64,000 bases of DNA from Planctomycetota bacterium (lineage in GTDB: Bacteria > Planctomycetota > JAJSAM01 > JAJVHW01): positions 736,001-800,000 of the forward strand of contig CBDFJG010000002.1 of assembly GCA_965248445.1 (NCBI GenBank), in the 5' to 3' direction. The notes under the pieces were generated by a model, which had not been told where the DNA came from, made no database searches, and was given only the letters and a program-made list of their open reading frames with translations. Shown piece after piece: positions 37,607-47,505 of the stretch; within the stretch, counting starts at the first letter, position 1, and each line of letters opens with the position of its first letter. The position numbers and the translations under genes were made by a program.

Positions 37607-38971
37607 TCAGGGAGCGGCCGCCACGACGTCGGCGATCCGGGCGGCGCTCGTGCCCGTTCCGTCGTAGCCCTCCTGCTCGGCCAGCGCGCGGCGGCGGTCC
37701 CGCAGCGCGGAGGGGTCCGCGAGAGCGCTGAGGACGTGCGCGACGAGTTCGTCCGGACTCCCGGCCACGAGGGACGCACCGACCGACATCAGTCGCGCGG
37801 TGTGCGTGTAGTCGAACAGCCGCACGTGGGAGGACAGGTAGTCGCGACCGGCGTCTGGATCGAACCGCGCGTGCACGATCGGCGTGTCGTTCGCCGCGGC
37901 GTCGAGCGCCACCGTGGACGCCATGTTGACGACGACGTCAGCGTGGCGCATTTCGGCTACGAAGTGCGCGTGGTCGTCGTCGGTCGGGTTCCAACGGTCG
38001 TCCATGTGCGTCGTGACGCGTCCCGCGACCTCGAGCGCGACACCGTGCGCTCCGTGGAGCGCGCCGTAGCGTTCGAGCCGGTCGCGCGGGTGCAGCCGGA
38101 CCACCATGCGGATGGGCCGCGGGTCGCCGTCCGGCGCCGGGTCGCGGCACAGCGGGGAGAGTATCCGCGGGAACTCCGGCTCTTCGGGACAGTGTCCCGG
38201 CGCCCCGCTTCCGTAGATCACCAGCCGTGCATCCGGCTCGAAGCCGAAGGAGTCGAGCAGTTGCGCCTTCGAAACAGCCGGGGGCCGCGCGTACACGTCG
38301 AATTGCGGTGTGCCGACTTCGGTGATCGTCTCCGGTCGGACGCGGAAGTACTCCTCCATCTCCCGCCGCATCACCGGTCCCCATACGAGCAACCGGTCCA
38401 CACCCGGCGGGAACACGGCCTTGTTCGAGGGGTTGTCCCACGAGTGGACCATCCCGACCGTGCGCACGCCCTCCACGTGCGCACGCCAGAGGATCCCCGC
38501 ATCCCACCGGGCGAACAGGTGGTTCGAGAACACGACGTCGGGCTGCCACTTCGCGAACGGCGGGGCATAATCCTCGGATCGACGGCGCAGGCCGCGCAGC
38601 CAGTTCGCCACATGCATCGTCGCCCACGAGCGCCCGAGCACCGGGAAGAGGAACCTCTCCTTGAACGGCGCGCGGCCGGCCTCGCGATCGCGGATCTGCT
38701 GCTTGATCCGGATCGTCGCCATGTCGTGGTGGTGCATGATCGGCGCGTACGCAAGCGACTGGAGGAGCTTGTCCGTTCGGTCCTTCGGCCTCGGCGGCAG
38801 GACGTCCAGCATGAGACCGGCGTCGCCCCCCGACTCGCGCAACTGCTCGAGCAGCGGTGCGGGGACCAGGTACACGGGCTCCACGCCCCGCGCGACGAAC
38901 TCTGCGTGCAGGTCGGTGCGCAGCACGTTTCGCAGGACGAGGCCGGTCGTGAGCGGGACGAGGGCGCGCAT
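37607..38971 (-). CDS. GT-B fold transferase (CDP-glycerol glycerophosphotransferase/sialyltransferase-like)
   Basis: HSWDNPSNK, LVWG, VGTPQFDVY, VRLHPRD, STVALDAA; downstream of neuC. Confidence 0.6.
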   Translation of the reverse strand: MRALVPLTTGLVLRNVLRTDLHAEFVARGVEPVYLVPAPLLEQLRESGGDAGLMLDVLPPRPKDRTDKLLQSLAYAPIMHHHDMATIRIKQQIRDREAGRAPFKERFLFPVLGRSWATMHVANWLRGLRRRSEDYAPPFAKWQPDVVFSNHLFARWDAGILWRAHVEGVRTVGMVHSWDNPSNKAVFPPGVDRLLVWGPVMRREMEEYFRVRPETITEVGTPQFDVYARPPAVSKAQLLDSFGFEPDARLVIYGSGAPGHCPEEPEFPRILSPLCRDPAPDGDPRPIRMVVRLHPRDRLERYGALHGAHGVALEVAGRVTTHMDDRWNPTDDDHAHFVAEMRHADVVVNMASTVALDAAANDTPIVHARFDPDAGRDYLSSHVRLFDYTHTARLMSVGASLVAGSPDELVAHVLSALADPSALRDRRRALAEQEGYDGTGTSAARIADVVAAAP

Positions 38972-38985
38972 GGCTCCGAGACGCG

Positions 38986-40161
38986 TCAGTAGCTGATGCG
39001 CTTCTGGATCTCCCCCTCGACCGTGGCGAGCACGTCAGCGATGCGCGCGCCGGAGGATCCGTCGCCGAAGATCGCGCTCTTCTCGTAGCGGCCCGCGGCG
39101 ATCTGCTTCCGTACGCCCGCCTCGATCTCGCCCGCGTCGTATCCGACGTCGTGGACGTTCAGGCCGCGCTCGCGGCCCTGCTGGCGCGTGCCGACGTTCA
39201 CGTAGGGAACGCCGAGCCACGATCCTTCGCGGATGCCACTGGAACTGTTCCCGACTACGCATGCGGCGTTGTTCAGGACGCGCGCGTAGTCCTCGACGGA
39301 GAAGTTGCGGAAGACGTGCAGCCAAGGCGGCCGGTGCTTCTCGCGGAAGACTCGGATGCCCTTGGCGACGTCGTCCGAACCCGCGTCGATGTTCGGCCAG
39401 AGCAAGATCGCCTGCATCTCGAGCCGCCACAGTGCCTCGAGCGTTTCCTCGATCTGCGCGCGGCCCGATCCGAACTCCGTGGTCACCGGGTGCTGCAGGA
39501 CGAGCAGGTACGGCCGGCCCTCGACGTCCAGCCGCGGTCCGACCCCGCCGTAGCGCTCGAAGAGGGAATTGGTGAGGGAGAGGTCCTCGTTCGCGATCGC
39601 GTCGATGGACGGGCAACCGACGTTCCAGACTGTATCCGGATCCTCGCCCATCTTGAGGACGCGCTCACGACTCGCCTCCGTCGCCGGGAAGTGGATGTGG
39701 GCGAGCTTCGTGATCGCGTGCCGCACGCTCTCGTCGATCGAGCCGGTGACCTCGCCGCCCTGCGTGTGCGCGAGCGGGATGTTCATGTAGCTGGCGGCGA
39801 TGGCGGTCGACATCGTCTCGAACCGGTCGGCGACGGTCAGCACGATGTCGGGCTTGAGGTTCTCGAACAATGTCGTCAGCTCGATGATGCCGAGGCCCGT
39901 GGACTTCGCCATCGTGGTCGGGTTCTCGCCCTCGATGATCGAGTAGGTGACGCCGGAGACGTCGAAGCCGTCGTTCTTGATGACGTCGATCGCCGCCCCG
40001 AAGCGGTAGAGCATGGCCGACGCGCCGACGATCAGTTGCAGCTCCAGGTCCGGGTGCGCGCGTACCGCCGCGAGCACGGACTTGATGCGCGCGTAGTTCG
40101 CCCGCGACGCGACGACCACGCAGATCCGCCGCTTGCGGCCCTCCGGGACGGTAAACCTCAC
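38986..40161 (-). CDS. neuC: Hydrolysing UDP-GlcNAc 2-epimerase (second NeuC)
   Basis: ICVVVASRANY, VADRFE, HTQGGEVTGSIDESVRHAITKLAH, VGNSSSGIRE; GTG overlaps the neuB stop. Confidence 0.9.
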   Translation of the reverse strand: MRFTVPEGRKRRICVVVASRANYARIKSVLAAVRAHPDLELQLIVGASAMLYRFGAAIDVIKNDGFDVSGVTYSIIEGENPTTMAKSTGLGIIELTTLFENLKPDIVLTVADRFETMSTAIAASYMNIPLAHTQGGEVTGSIDESVRHAITKLAHIHFPATEASRERVLKMGEDPDTVWNVGCPSIDAIANEDLSLTNSLFERYGGVGPRLDVEGRPYLLVLQHPVTTEFGSGRAQIEETLEALWRLEMQAILLWPNIDAGSDDVAKGIRVFREKHRPPWLHVFRNFSVEDYARVLNNAACVVGNSSSGIREGSWLGVPYVNVGTRQQGRERGLNVHDVGYDAGEIEAGVRKQIAAGRYEKSAIFGDGSSGARIADVLATVEGEIQKRISY

Positions 40162-40955
40162 CTGTTGTCCCCCCACTTGCCGACGTAGATCCCGCGCAAC
40201 CGCTCTTCCTCGTCGCTGAGCGAGGGATGCGCGTCGCCCATCAGGTGCTCGACCTCTTCGGCGTACGCAACGATCTCGCGGATCTCGTGCGGCACGGCGC
40301 TCACCGCCTGGTCCTTGCCGGGCAAGTTGCGGTCGATGGTGAAGTGCTTCTCCACGAAGTCGGCACCACGTGCGATCGCGAGCTTGGCCGCGTAGGTCCC
40401 CATCGTGTGGTCGCTGAACCCGACGCTCGGACAGAGCGTCCGCAGCCAGTCCATCCGCGCCATGTTCACGCGGTGCGATGGCGTGGGATAGAGGCTCACG
40501 CAATGCAGCAGCGTGAAGTTGTGTCCCTCGAGGGCCGCCACCGCTGCGTGCACGTCGGACTCCGGGGCCATGCCGGTCGAGACGATCATGTGCGGGAATG
40601 CCTCGCGCAGCGCCTTCAACATCGTCACGGAGCCGACGTCCGGGCTGGCGACCTTGATCGTCTGCAGGCCGAGGCCGGAAAGGAACTCCACACGGTCCTT
40701 GTCGAAGCACGTCGTGAGGAAGTTCACGCCGCAGCGATCGCACTCCTCCTTCAGCTCGACGTGGTCGTCGTCGCTGAGCTGCGCCTTCTTGTGCCGGTCG
40801 AAGTTCGGATCGCCGGGGGGAAGCGTCTCGGCCTGCCACGACTGGAACTTCACGTAGTCCACTCCGGCGTCCGCGGCGGCAGCGATCATGTCGCGTGCCA
40901 GGTCCATGTCGCCGCCGTGGTTCGCGCCCACTTCCGCGATGATCTTGGTACGCAT
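40158..40955 (-). CDS. neuB: Short NeuB-family synthase lacking the SAF/AFP domain
   Basis: IIAEVGANHGGD, VKFQSW, KVASPD, LHCVSLYP, GFSDHT, EKHFT; about 265 aa. Confidence 0.85.
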   Translation of the reverse strand: MRTKIIAEVGANHGGDMDLARDMIAAAADAGVDYVKFQSWQAETLPPGDPNFDRHKKAQLSDDDHVELKEECDRCGVNFLTTCFDKDRVEFLSGLGLQTIKVASPDVGSVTMLKALREAFPHMIVSTGMAPESDVHAAVAALEGHNFTLLHCVSLYPTPSHRVNMARMDWLRTLCPSVGFSDHTMGTYAAKLAIARGADFVEKHFTIDRNLPGKDQAVSAVPHEIREIVAYAEEVEHLMGDAHPSLSDEEERLRGIYVGKWGDNR

Positions 40956-41698
40956 CACTCTCCCTCCGCCTCGGCGGCGCGGTTCACATCACCGTCCGGC
41001 CTGCGGACGATATGCCAGAGCGCTTCGACCAGAACCAGGTCCGCCGGGCCGTTCACGTCGATCGACCTCTCCCGCGGCATCACCACGGCCCGGCAGTGGT
41101 CGCCGAACAGGCGCCCGCCCAGCAGCGTCTCCCGTCGGATCACGTAGACCGCGCCGTTGCGCGCGTACGCCCTCGCGCCCAGATCCTGACGCCGTACGCC
41201 CTCCAGCTCGGGCTGGACGTAAGGCACCAGCTCCCCCTCCTCGATCCGCTTGAGCTTCACAGGGTGGACCGTCTCGGAGACCGTCACCGCGGAGTCCGCT
41301 CCGGGGACGAGGGCCTCGGCCACCGTCCGGTCGATGTCCGACGGGAGGCGCAGCGGACTGGTCGGCTGCAGGATGCAGACGTGCGTGTAGGGCGCGTCCC
41401 CGGCCTGCTCGCACTGCTCGAGGGCGTGGAGCAGCACGGGGAGGGTCGGGGTCGTGTCCTGCGCCAGTGCGGCGGGCCGCGTGAACGGGACGTCGCCGCC
41501 CGCCTCGCGGGCCGTGCGGGCGATCTCGTCGTCCTCGGTCGACACGACAGTCCGGGTTAGGGACGTCGCCGCGGCGGCCTGAGCGACGGCCAGCGCGACC
41601 AGCGGAGTCCCGCCCACCTCACGGAGGTTCTTCCGCGGCACGCCGCGGGACCCCCCGCGGGCGGTGATCACCCCCAGCACGCGCGCTTCCTCACTCAC
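40955..41698 (-). CDS. neuA: Acylneuraminate cytidylyltransferase (NeuA/LegF)
   Basis: ITARGGSRGVPRKN, VVSTED, LQPTSPLR, RRQDL, NGAVY, SIDVN. Confidence 0.9.
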   Translation of the reverse strand: MSEEARVLGVITARGGSRGVPRKNLREVGGTPLVALAVAQAAAATSLTRTVVSTEDDEIARTAREAGGDVPFTRPAALAQDTTPTLPVLLHALEQCEQAGDAPYTHVCILQPTSPLRLPSDIDRTVAEALVPGADSAVTVSETVHPVKLKRIEEGELVPYVQPELEGVRRQDLGARAYARNGAVYVIRRETLLGGRLFGDHCRAVVMPRERSIDVNGPADLVLVEALWHIVRRPDGDVNRAAEAEGE

Positions 41699-41873
41699 TC
41701 TCGGCTCTCCGGGCTCACTCTCGGCTCTCAGGGCTCGGCAAGGCGGCGATCCTCGCACGCACCCTCCCGCCCGGGACACGGGAAAGAGCCGGGCCAGGAC
41801 CCGTGTAGCCTCGCGCGGCGGTCGGGAGAGCGGGGCGCGAGGGAGAGCCAGCGGAGGGACAGTGGAGAGGCAG

Positions 41874-43463
41874 ATGCGAGACGGAGCGAGCGCAGCCCGG
41901 CACCTGCCCCTGGCCGGGGTGCTCGCGCTCCACGTCGTGCTCGTCCTGGCCGTGGGACCGGGGTTCATGGCGAGTGACGACCTCTCCTACGGCCGCGCCG
42001 CCCACAAGCTCTCGACCGGCACGTTCGACCTCGCGGCGGAGGCGCAGCACTGGTCGCAACGGCTGGGCCTCGTGGCCCCCACCGCGCTCGTCTTCCGGTT
42101 GTTCGGCACCGGGTCGTGGCAGGCGGTGGTCGTCCCGACGGTGGCCTCGCTCTCGGGCATCGCGACCGCGTACTGGTTCCTCCGTAGTCGTGCGCCGCGG
42201 GGAGACGCGTGGCGGGCGGCCCTGCTCTATTGCGTGCTGCCCACGACTCTCAGCGCGTCGACGCTGCTCCTGCCGGACAACGCCATCGGCGTGGCGATCC
42301 TCGCCGCCGCGTGCCTGACCATCGCCGGCCGGTCAGCCGGCGCTCGGCGGCCCGCGCTGTTCGGCATCGGCGCGGCCGCCGTGATCGCGTTCTCAGTGAC
42401 GGTGAAGCTGACGACCGTGTGGGCCGCTCCGGTGTTCGTCGCCCTGCTCGTGCGCGACCTTCTCCGGAGGCGTCACGGACGCTTCTGGGCAGCGTTCACG
42501 GCTTGCGGTGCCGCCCTCGGCGCCGCGTACCTCGCGATGTACCACGTCCAGACCGGAGACGCGTTGTTCAGGATCAACGTGATCGAGACCGGGCACAACG
42601 CGGGTCGCAAGTGGGCTCTGGCCGGCGCGGAGACCGAGGTGTTCGTGCGCCGCCTGTCCGTCGAGCCGTTCGTCATGATGTTCCGGGCACTGACATTCAC
42701 GGGGCTGCTCGCACTTGCACTGCCGACGATGACCGCCGCACTCGCCGCTCCACGCAAGACGGCGCGGCGAAACGTCGTGTTCTCTGCCATCGCGGTCTGT
42801 CTGATCGTGCTGTTCTTCTTCGGGAGCACCTCGCTCCGCCGCTTCGCGCCGATGCCGCTGCTGCCGCGCATGCTCGCGCCGATCATCCCGCTGCTCGTCG
42901 TCCTGGCCGCCGCCCGCTGGCCGCGCCCATCACGAGCCGTGACGGCCGGCCGCACGATCGGCGTCCTGCTGCTGGCGGGCGCTGCGGTGTACGCCTTGGC
43001 GAACGGCAAGTTCCTCCAGGCTGCCGTCCCTGCGGCGCTCCTCGCACTGCTGCTCGCGCCGCGCGAGTCGGCGATCGGACTCCGGCGCCGCGTGCTGCTG
43101 ATCGCCATCCTGACTGGTGCAACGCTCTACGCGGGCGCGAAGGGTGGCGTCGGCGAGACGGCTACACAGCGCGTGGAGCGCGGGTTGCCCGCAGTCCTCG
43201 CCGAGAAGCTGCCGCCGGGCTCGCGACTGCTGTGCTCCACGCGCGGCGAGCGAGCCATGAACTACCGCTCCGGCTGGGATCTCCCCGCAGATCTCGAGTT
43301 CGTGACCTGGGAGAGCGCCGCCCCGCCGTTCGACGGCGTCACTCACGTCCTGTTCCTCCCCATGCGCCCCTCGAAGCCGCGGCCGGAAGTACGCGCGCTC
43401 CTGGATGCCGGAGAGGTCGTCCTCGAAGAGGCCGGAGTGCGCCTTGTGCGCGTCGTGCGCTGA
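41874..43463 (+). CDS. Polytopic GT-C (ArnT/PMT-like) membrane glycosyltransferase
   Basis: First TM followed by the acidic motif SDDLSY; many hydrophobic segments. Confidence 0.6.
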   Translation: MRDGASAARHLPLAGVLALHVVLVLAVGPGFMASDDLSYGRAAHKLSTGTFDLAAEAQHWSQRLGLVAPTALVFRLFGTGSWQAVVVPTVASLSGIATAYWFLRSRAPRGDAWRAALLYCVLPTTLSASTLLLPDNAIGVAILAAACLTIAGRSAGARRPALFGIGAAAVIAFSVTVKLTTVWAAPVFVALLVRDLLRRRHGRFWAAFTACGAALGAAYLAMYHVQTGDALFRINVIETGHNAGRKWALAGAETEVFVRRLSVEPFVMMFRALTFTGLLALALPTMTAALAAPRKTARRNVVFSAIAVCLIVLFFFGSTSLRRFAPMPLLPRMLAPIIPLLVVLAAARWPRPSRAVTAGRTIGVLLLAGAAVYALANGKFLQAAVPAALLALLLAPRESAIGLRRRVLLIAILTGATLYAGAKGGVGETATQRVERGLPAVLAEKLPPGSRLLCSTRGERAMNYRSGWDLPADLEFVTWESAAPPFDGVTHVLFLPMRPSKPRPEVRALLDAGEVVLEEAGVRLVRVVR

Positions 43464-43520
43464 CCCGGCGTTCCGACGTGACCCTCCTGCCCGGGGGAGA
43501 TACAAACACCCGTTCGCGCC

Positions 43521-44276
43521 ATGGAACTCGAAACACTTCCTGCAACCCCGGAGCCCGCACCGGAACCACCGCGCACGGTCGTGCTGTCGATCGTGGTGCC
43601 GGCGTTCAACGAAGAGGCGACGGTGCGCACGCTGCTCGAGCGCGTGCGCAGCTCCGACCTCTCGCAGCTGGGTGTGACCAAGGAGGTCATCGTCGTCGAC
43701 GACTGCTCGACGGACGGGACGCGGGAGGCGCTGGCCGGGTGCGAGGACCTGTACGACAAGCTCGTCCTCCACCAGGAGAACCAGGGCAAGGGAGCAGCGC
43801 TGCACTCTGGGTTCGAGCAAGCGACAGGCGACATCGTGCTGATCCAGGACGCGGACCTCGAATACCGGCCCAGCCAGTACCCGCGGCTGCTCGAACCGAT
43901 CCTCTCGGGGCGTGCCGACATCGTGTACGGCTCGCGCTTCCGAGGCGGTGACGCGGCGCGCGTCCTCAACTACTGGCACTACGTCGGCAACCGGTTCCTC
44001 ACCACGCTCTCCAACATGGTGACGAACCTGAATCTCACCGACATGGAGACTTGCTACAAGGTGTTCCGCCGTGAGTGCCTCGAGGGTCTCTCGCTCCAGC
44101 AGAAGCGTTTCGGTTTCGAGCCGGAGGTCACGGCGAAGCTCGCCAAGCGCAAGTTCCGCTTCTACGAGATCGGCATCGCGTACGACGGCCGATCTTACGA
44201 CGACGGCAAGAAGATCGGCTGGAAGGACGGCGTCGCCGCGCTCTGGTGCATCATTCGCTACGGCGTGTTCGGCTAG
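43521..44276 (+). CDS. GT2 polyprenol-phosphate glycosyltransferase (DPM1/GtrB-like)
   Basis: LSIVVPAFNEE, VDDCSTDGT, NQGKGAAL, IQDADLEY, VYGSRF, TDMETCYK, FGFEPE. Confidence 0.9.
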   Translation: MELETLPATPEPAPEPPRTVVLSIVVPAFNEEATVRTLLERVRSSDLSQLGVTKEVIVVDDCSTDGTREALAGCEDLYDKLVLHQENQGKGAALHSGFEQATGDIVLIQDADLEYRPSQYPRLLEPILSGRADIVYGSRFRGGDAARVLNYWHYVGNRFLTTLSNMVTNLNLTDMETCYKVFRRECLEGLSLQQKRFGFEPEVTAKLAKRKFRFYEIGIAYDGRSYDDGKKIGWKDGVAALWCIIRYGVFG

Positions 44277-44284
44277 CGGCCTCG

Positions 44285-46147
44285 TCAGCGCAGACGGATC
44301 GTGAATGGCGAACCGTCCCCCCCGTTCACGCGGATGAAACCGATACGGTCGCGCGGGTGTGCCTCGCGCACGAGCGTCAGCGGTGGATCCACACGCAGGC
44401 GCCGGTCCCAGTGGAGCTTGAGCACGACGTCGCCGGGGCCGTCGGGACGCACGGCGATCGTGTCGTGCTTCGCGACGACCGTCCCGCTGCCGGTCAGGAA
44501 CGGAGACGGTTTCCGGCGCGCGCGGAACAGCACGTAGGGCGCGCTCACTCCGGCTTCCTCGACGACGCCGGTTGCCGCACGCAGCCGCGCGATCGACTCG
44601 CCGCCGATGGCCGCGAGTCCCGTGACGTCATAGAGATCCAGGAACGCCGCGATCTCGGCGTCGGACAGGTCGACGAGCGGCCGCAATCCGAAGCGGCCGA
44701 ACGAGAACGACGCATCGGAATGCGGCACCCAGCCCCGGTAGTAGGGACCGCCGAGCCACGCGCGCCCTGTCTGCCCTGCACCGATCGCGCCGGCCCACAG
44801 GCCGATGCCGGCGGGCGGACGGGGACCTGTCTCTTCGAAGGCAACGCGTCCGGCCGGGTCGCCGAGCACGGTCAGCGCGTCGAACAGAAGCGTCGCCCGT
44901 TCCGGCACCTGACTCCAGAGGCGCGCCTTCCCGAACAGCCGCGTCTTGACCGGGACGAACGCGCCGAGAGCGAGCACGAGTGCAGTGACGACGGCCGTGA
45001 CGACCCGCGTTCGCGGCATCCAGCCGCGCCACCGTTCAAACAGTTCGACGGCGCCGAGACCCGTCGGGACGGCGGCGACGAGCGCGAATGCCGGGCGCAT
45101 GCGATTCGCTTCGACGAACTTCGAGATCACCTCGGAGTATCCGCCGAGGAACGCGGTCAGAAACACGACGATCCCTCCGAGCCCCCACGCGACCGCGACG
45201 TGGCGATGGCCCGTCCGCGCCAGCCGTACCAGTCCGAAGGGCGCTACGACGAGCGGCACGATCACACCGAAGAAGCGCGGAGTCGGCAGCGCGAACTGAC
45301 GCGCCAGCTCCGACAGTCCGCCGCCGCCGCCATGCACCAGCCGCCCGGGACGCGGAAGCGGCTCGAGCAGGTGGAGGTCGGCCAGCATCGGCAGGGTCCA
45401 CGGCAAGTTGGCGACGGCGATCACCAGCACGGCGGTCGCCGCCGGGAGCGCACGCTGTTTCGCGCGAACGAGCGGCACGACCAGCGCCAACCCGAGGATG
45501 GCGCACATCAGCGGCGTGAGTGCGTGCAGGTAGAACAGCGGTGCCGTCGCGGCGAGCAAGGCCGCGTTACGCCAGCCCGGCACCCGGATCGCGCGAGAGA
45601 GAGACGCTGTGATCGGCATGGCCACCGCGGTTGCCAGCAGGAACGCGTAGGTGCCGAACAGGCTCCACGTGACGACTTCGAGATCGAGGTTCCACGCGAC
45701 CGCGAACGCTGCAGCCGCAGCGACTCCCTCGGCGCGCGGCCGCTCCAGGATGCGCATCGCGGTGTAGCCGGCCAGCGGCACGAGCGAGAAGGCGACGAGG
45801 AAGAACAGGTTGAACGCGCGTCCCGCGCCGAGCGCCTCGCCGAACAGCCACGTCCACGCGATCAACGCCTTGTCGTCGAGAGTCGAGATCGTCCCGCCGA
45901 CCCAGCCCGCCATGTGGAACGGGTCGTAGCCCCACGAGGCGAGAGGACCGCCGAACGACGTCGCGTGAACGGACGCGTGGTACCAGTGCAGGGAGTAGTC
46001 GGTACGCAGGATCGGGTCCGCACCGAACGCGACGTCGAGCGGCAACTGCCGCGTCACGAACAACACGTGGAGCACGAGCACCGCGACGAGCGCAGCCCGG
46101 GCGCTGCGCCACCACACCGTCGAGTGAATCTCCGCCCTGTCGCTCAT
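44285..46147 (-). CDS. Polytopic membrane protein, GT-C-like
   Basis: TM helix then TDYSLH...YDPFHMAG; about 10 hydrophobic segments and a soluble C-terminal domain. Confidence 0.5.
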   Translation of the reverse strand: MSDRAEIHSTVWWRSARAALVAVLVLHVLFVTRQLPLDVAFGADPILRTDYSLHWYHASVHATSFGGPLASWGYDPFHMAGWVGGTISTLDDKALIAWTWLFGEALGAGRAFNLFFLVAFSLVPLAGYTAMRILERPRAEGVAAAAAFAVAWNLDLEVVTWSLFGTYAFLLATAVAMPITASLSRAIRVPGWRNAALLAATAPLFYLHALTPLMCAILGLALVVPLVRAKQRALPAATAVLVIAVANLPWTLPMLADLHLLEPLPRPGRLVHGGGGGLSELARQFALPTPRFFGVIVPLVVAPFGLVRLARTGHRHVAVAWGLGGIVVFLTAFLGGYSEVISKFVEANRMRPAFALVAAVPTGLGAVELFERWRGWMPRTRVVTAVVTALVLALGAFVPVKTRLFGKARLWSQVPERATLLFDALTVLGDPAGRVAFEETGPRPPAGIGLWAGAIGAGQTGRAWLGGPYYRGWVPHSDASFSFGRFGLRPLVDLSDAEIAAFLDLYDVTGLAAIGGESIARLRAATGVVEEAGVSAPYVLFRARRKPSPFLTGSGTVVAKHDTIAVRPDGPGDVVLKLHWDRRLRVDPPLTLVREAHPRDRIGFIRVNGGDGSPFTIRLR

Positions 46148-46196
46148 GCCGTCGCCGCACTCTCCGGAGGTGCTCCGGCCACTGCGAGAAAAAGCC

Positions 46197-47324
46197 CTAC
46201 TCGGTTGCCGCTTCGTAGATCGCGCGAAGCGCGCGAGCCCGGTCCGCCGGGTCGTGGTCGCGGCGGATGCGCTCGAGCGCTCGTTCTCCACGGACCCTCA
46301 GTTCGTCGGGCTGCGCCACGATCTCCGAGATCGCCCCGTCGAGCTGCTCCTCGAGTGTCCGGGAGAACGCCGCCCGCTCCGCGTCGCTCTCCACCAATGC
46401 GTTGCGGAGTCCGTCGCGCGGGACGTCCAGCATCCAGCCGCACGACGAGTCGTTGATCTCGGGCAGGGCCCGGACGTTCGTCGAGACGACCGGAGTCGCG
46501 CACGCCTGCGCTTCGAGAACGACGTATCCGTACGTATCCGCGTACGTGGGCATCAGCGCGACATGTGAGCCGCGCATCAGTTCGACGACTCGTTCGTTCG
46601 AGAGGCTCTCGTGATGCGTGATCGCGGCTGCGTGACGCTCGAGCAGCGCGCGTGCCTCCCGCTGCTCGGCGTCGCCCGCGGCCGACGCCCGGTCGCCTTC
46701 CTGCAGGACACCGACGATCGTCAGATGCAGAGGAGCACCCGTCTCGAGGTGCCGCGACACGACGCGCAGCATCTCGAGTCCGCCCTTGCGGAAGAAGTTG
46801 CGCGCCACGAACAACAGCGAGAGGCCGTCTTCGCGCAGCGGCTTCTCGTCCCACGAGCTGACGAACGCCGGCTGGGCAGGATGCAACACCGAGATCTTGG
46901 GATCCACCGCGGCTTGGATGTCGGGGTAGCGGGTCAGTTCCGCACGCTCGATGTCGGCGGAGTTCTCGGAGATCGCGATGACGCGCTTGCAACTCTCCTT
47001 CGCAAGACGACCCAGCCCCCACCGCGACGCGCGGTTCCAGCGCGGGATGAACGACGAGATCGAGACGACCCACGGTTTCCGCGTGACAGCGATCGAGAAG
47101 AAGTGGTGGTAAAGATCCACGCCCGAGCCACCCATGTCGAGATGCGTGTATCGGACGAGGTCCGGCGTGCGACGGAAGAGCCGGTACATCGCACCGTCGA
47201 GCACGCGGCAGGGGTCCATCACCCGCCGGAACGTGACACCCTCATGCGGAAGGTCGATGAAGTTGCGCCGCTCGCGGTACGCCGTACGCAGGACCCCCAC
47301 CGTGATCGGCCGCGGCTCGGTCAC
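46197..47324 (-). CDS. Glycosyltransferase family 4
   Basis: FVARNFFRKGG, MPTYADTYGYVVLEAQA..PVVST..ALPEI. Confidence 0.85.
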   Translation of the reverse strand: MTEPRPITVGVLRTAYRERRNFIDLPHEGVTFRRVMDPCRVLDGAMYRLFRRTPDLVRYTHLDMGGSGVDLYHHFFSIAVTRKPWVVSISSFIPRWNRASRWGLGRLAKESCKRVIAISENSADIERAELTRYPDIQAAVDPKISVLHPAQPAFVSSWDEKPLREDGLSLLFVARNFFRKGGLEMLRVVSRHLETGAPLHLTIVGVLQEGDRASAAGDAEQREARALLERHAAAITHHESLSNERVVELMRGSHVALMPTYADTYGYVVLEAQACATPVVSTNVRALPEINDSSCGWMLDVPRDGLRNALVESDAERAAFSRTLEEQLDGAISEIVAQPDELRVRGERALERIRRDHDPADRARALRAIYEAATE

Positions 47325-47445
47325 GCCGCACCACCAGTCCCTGCGGGCGCCGCGGGGTCGAGGCTGCTGATCGGAAGCGAGTCGTGCATCGCGGGTCGCG
47401 GGCGAAGCTACCGCCCGCCCTCACGATGAGCGCGCCGGAATCGAG

Positions 47446-47478
47446 ACGGGCGGTCACCGCACTGCGGTGACCGCCCGT
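47446..47478 (-). terminator. 15-bp perfect hairpin downstream of groEL
   Basis: ACGGGCGGTCACCGC-act-GCGGTGACCGCCCGT. Confidence 0.7.
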
Positions 47479-47505
47479 TCTGTTTCGGGTAACGAGGGAG
47501 CGCGC

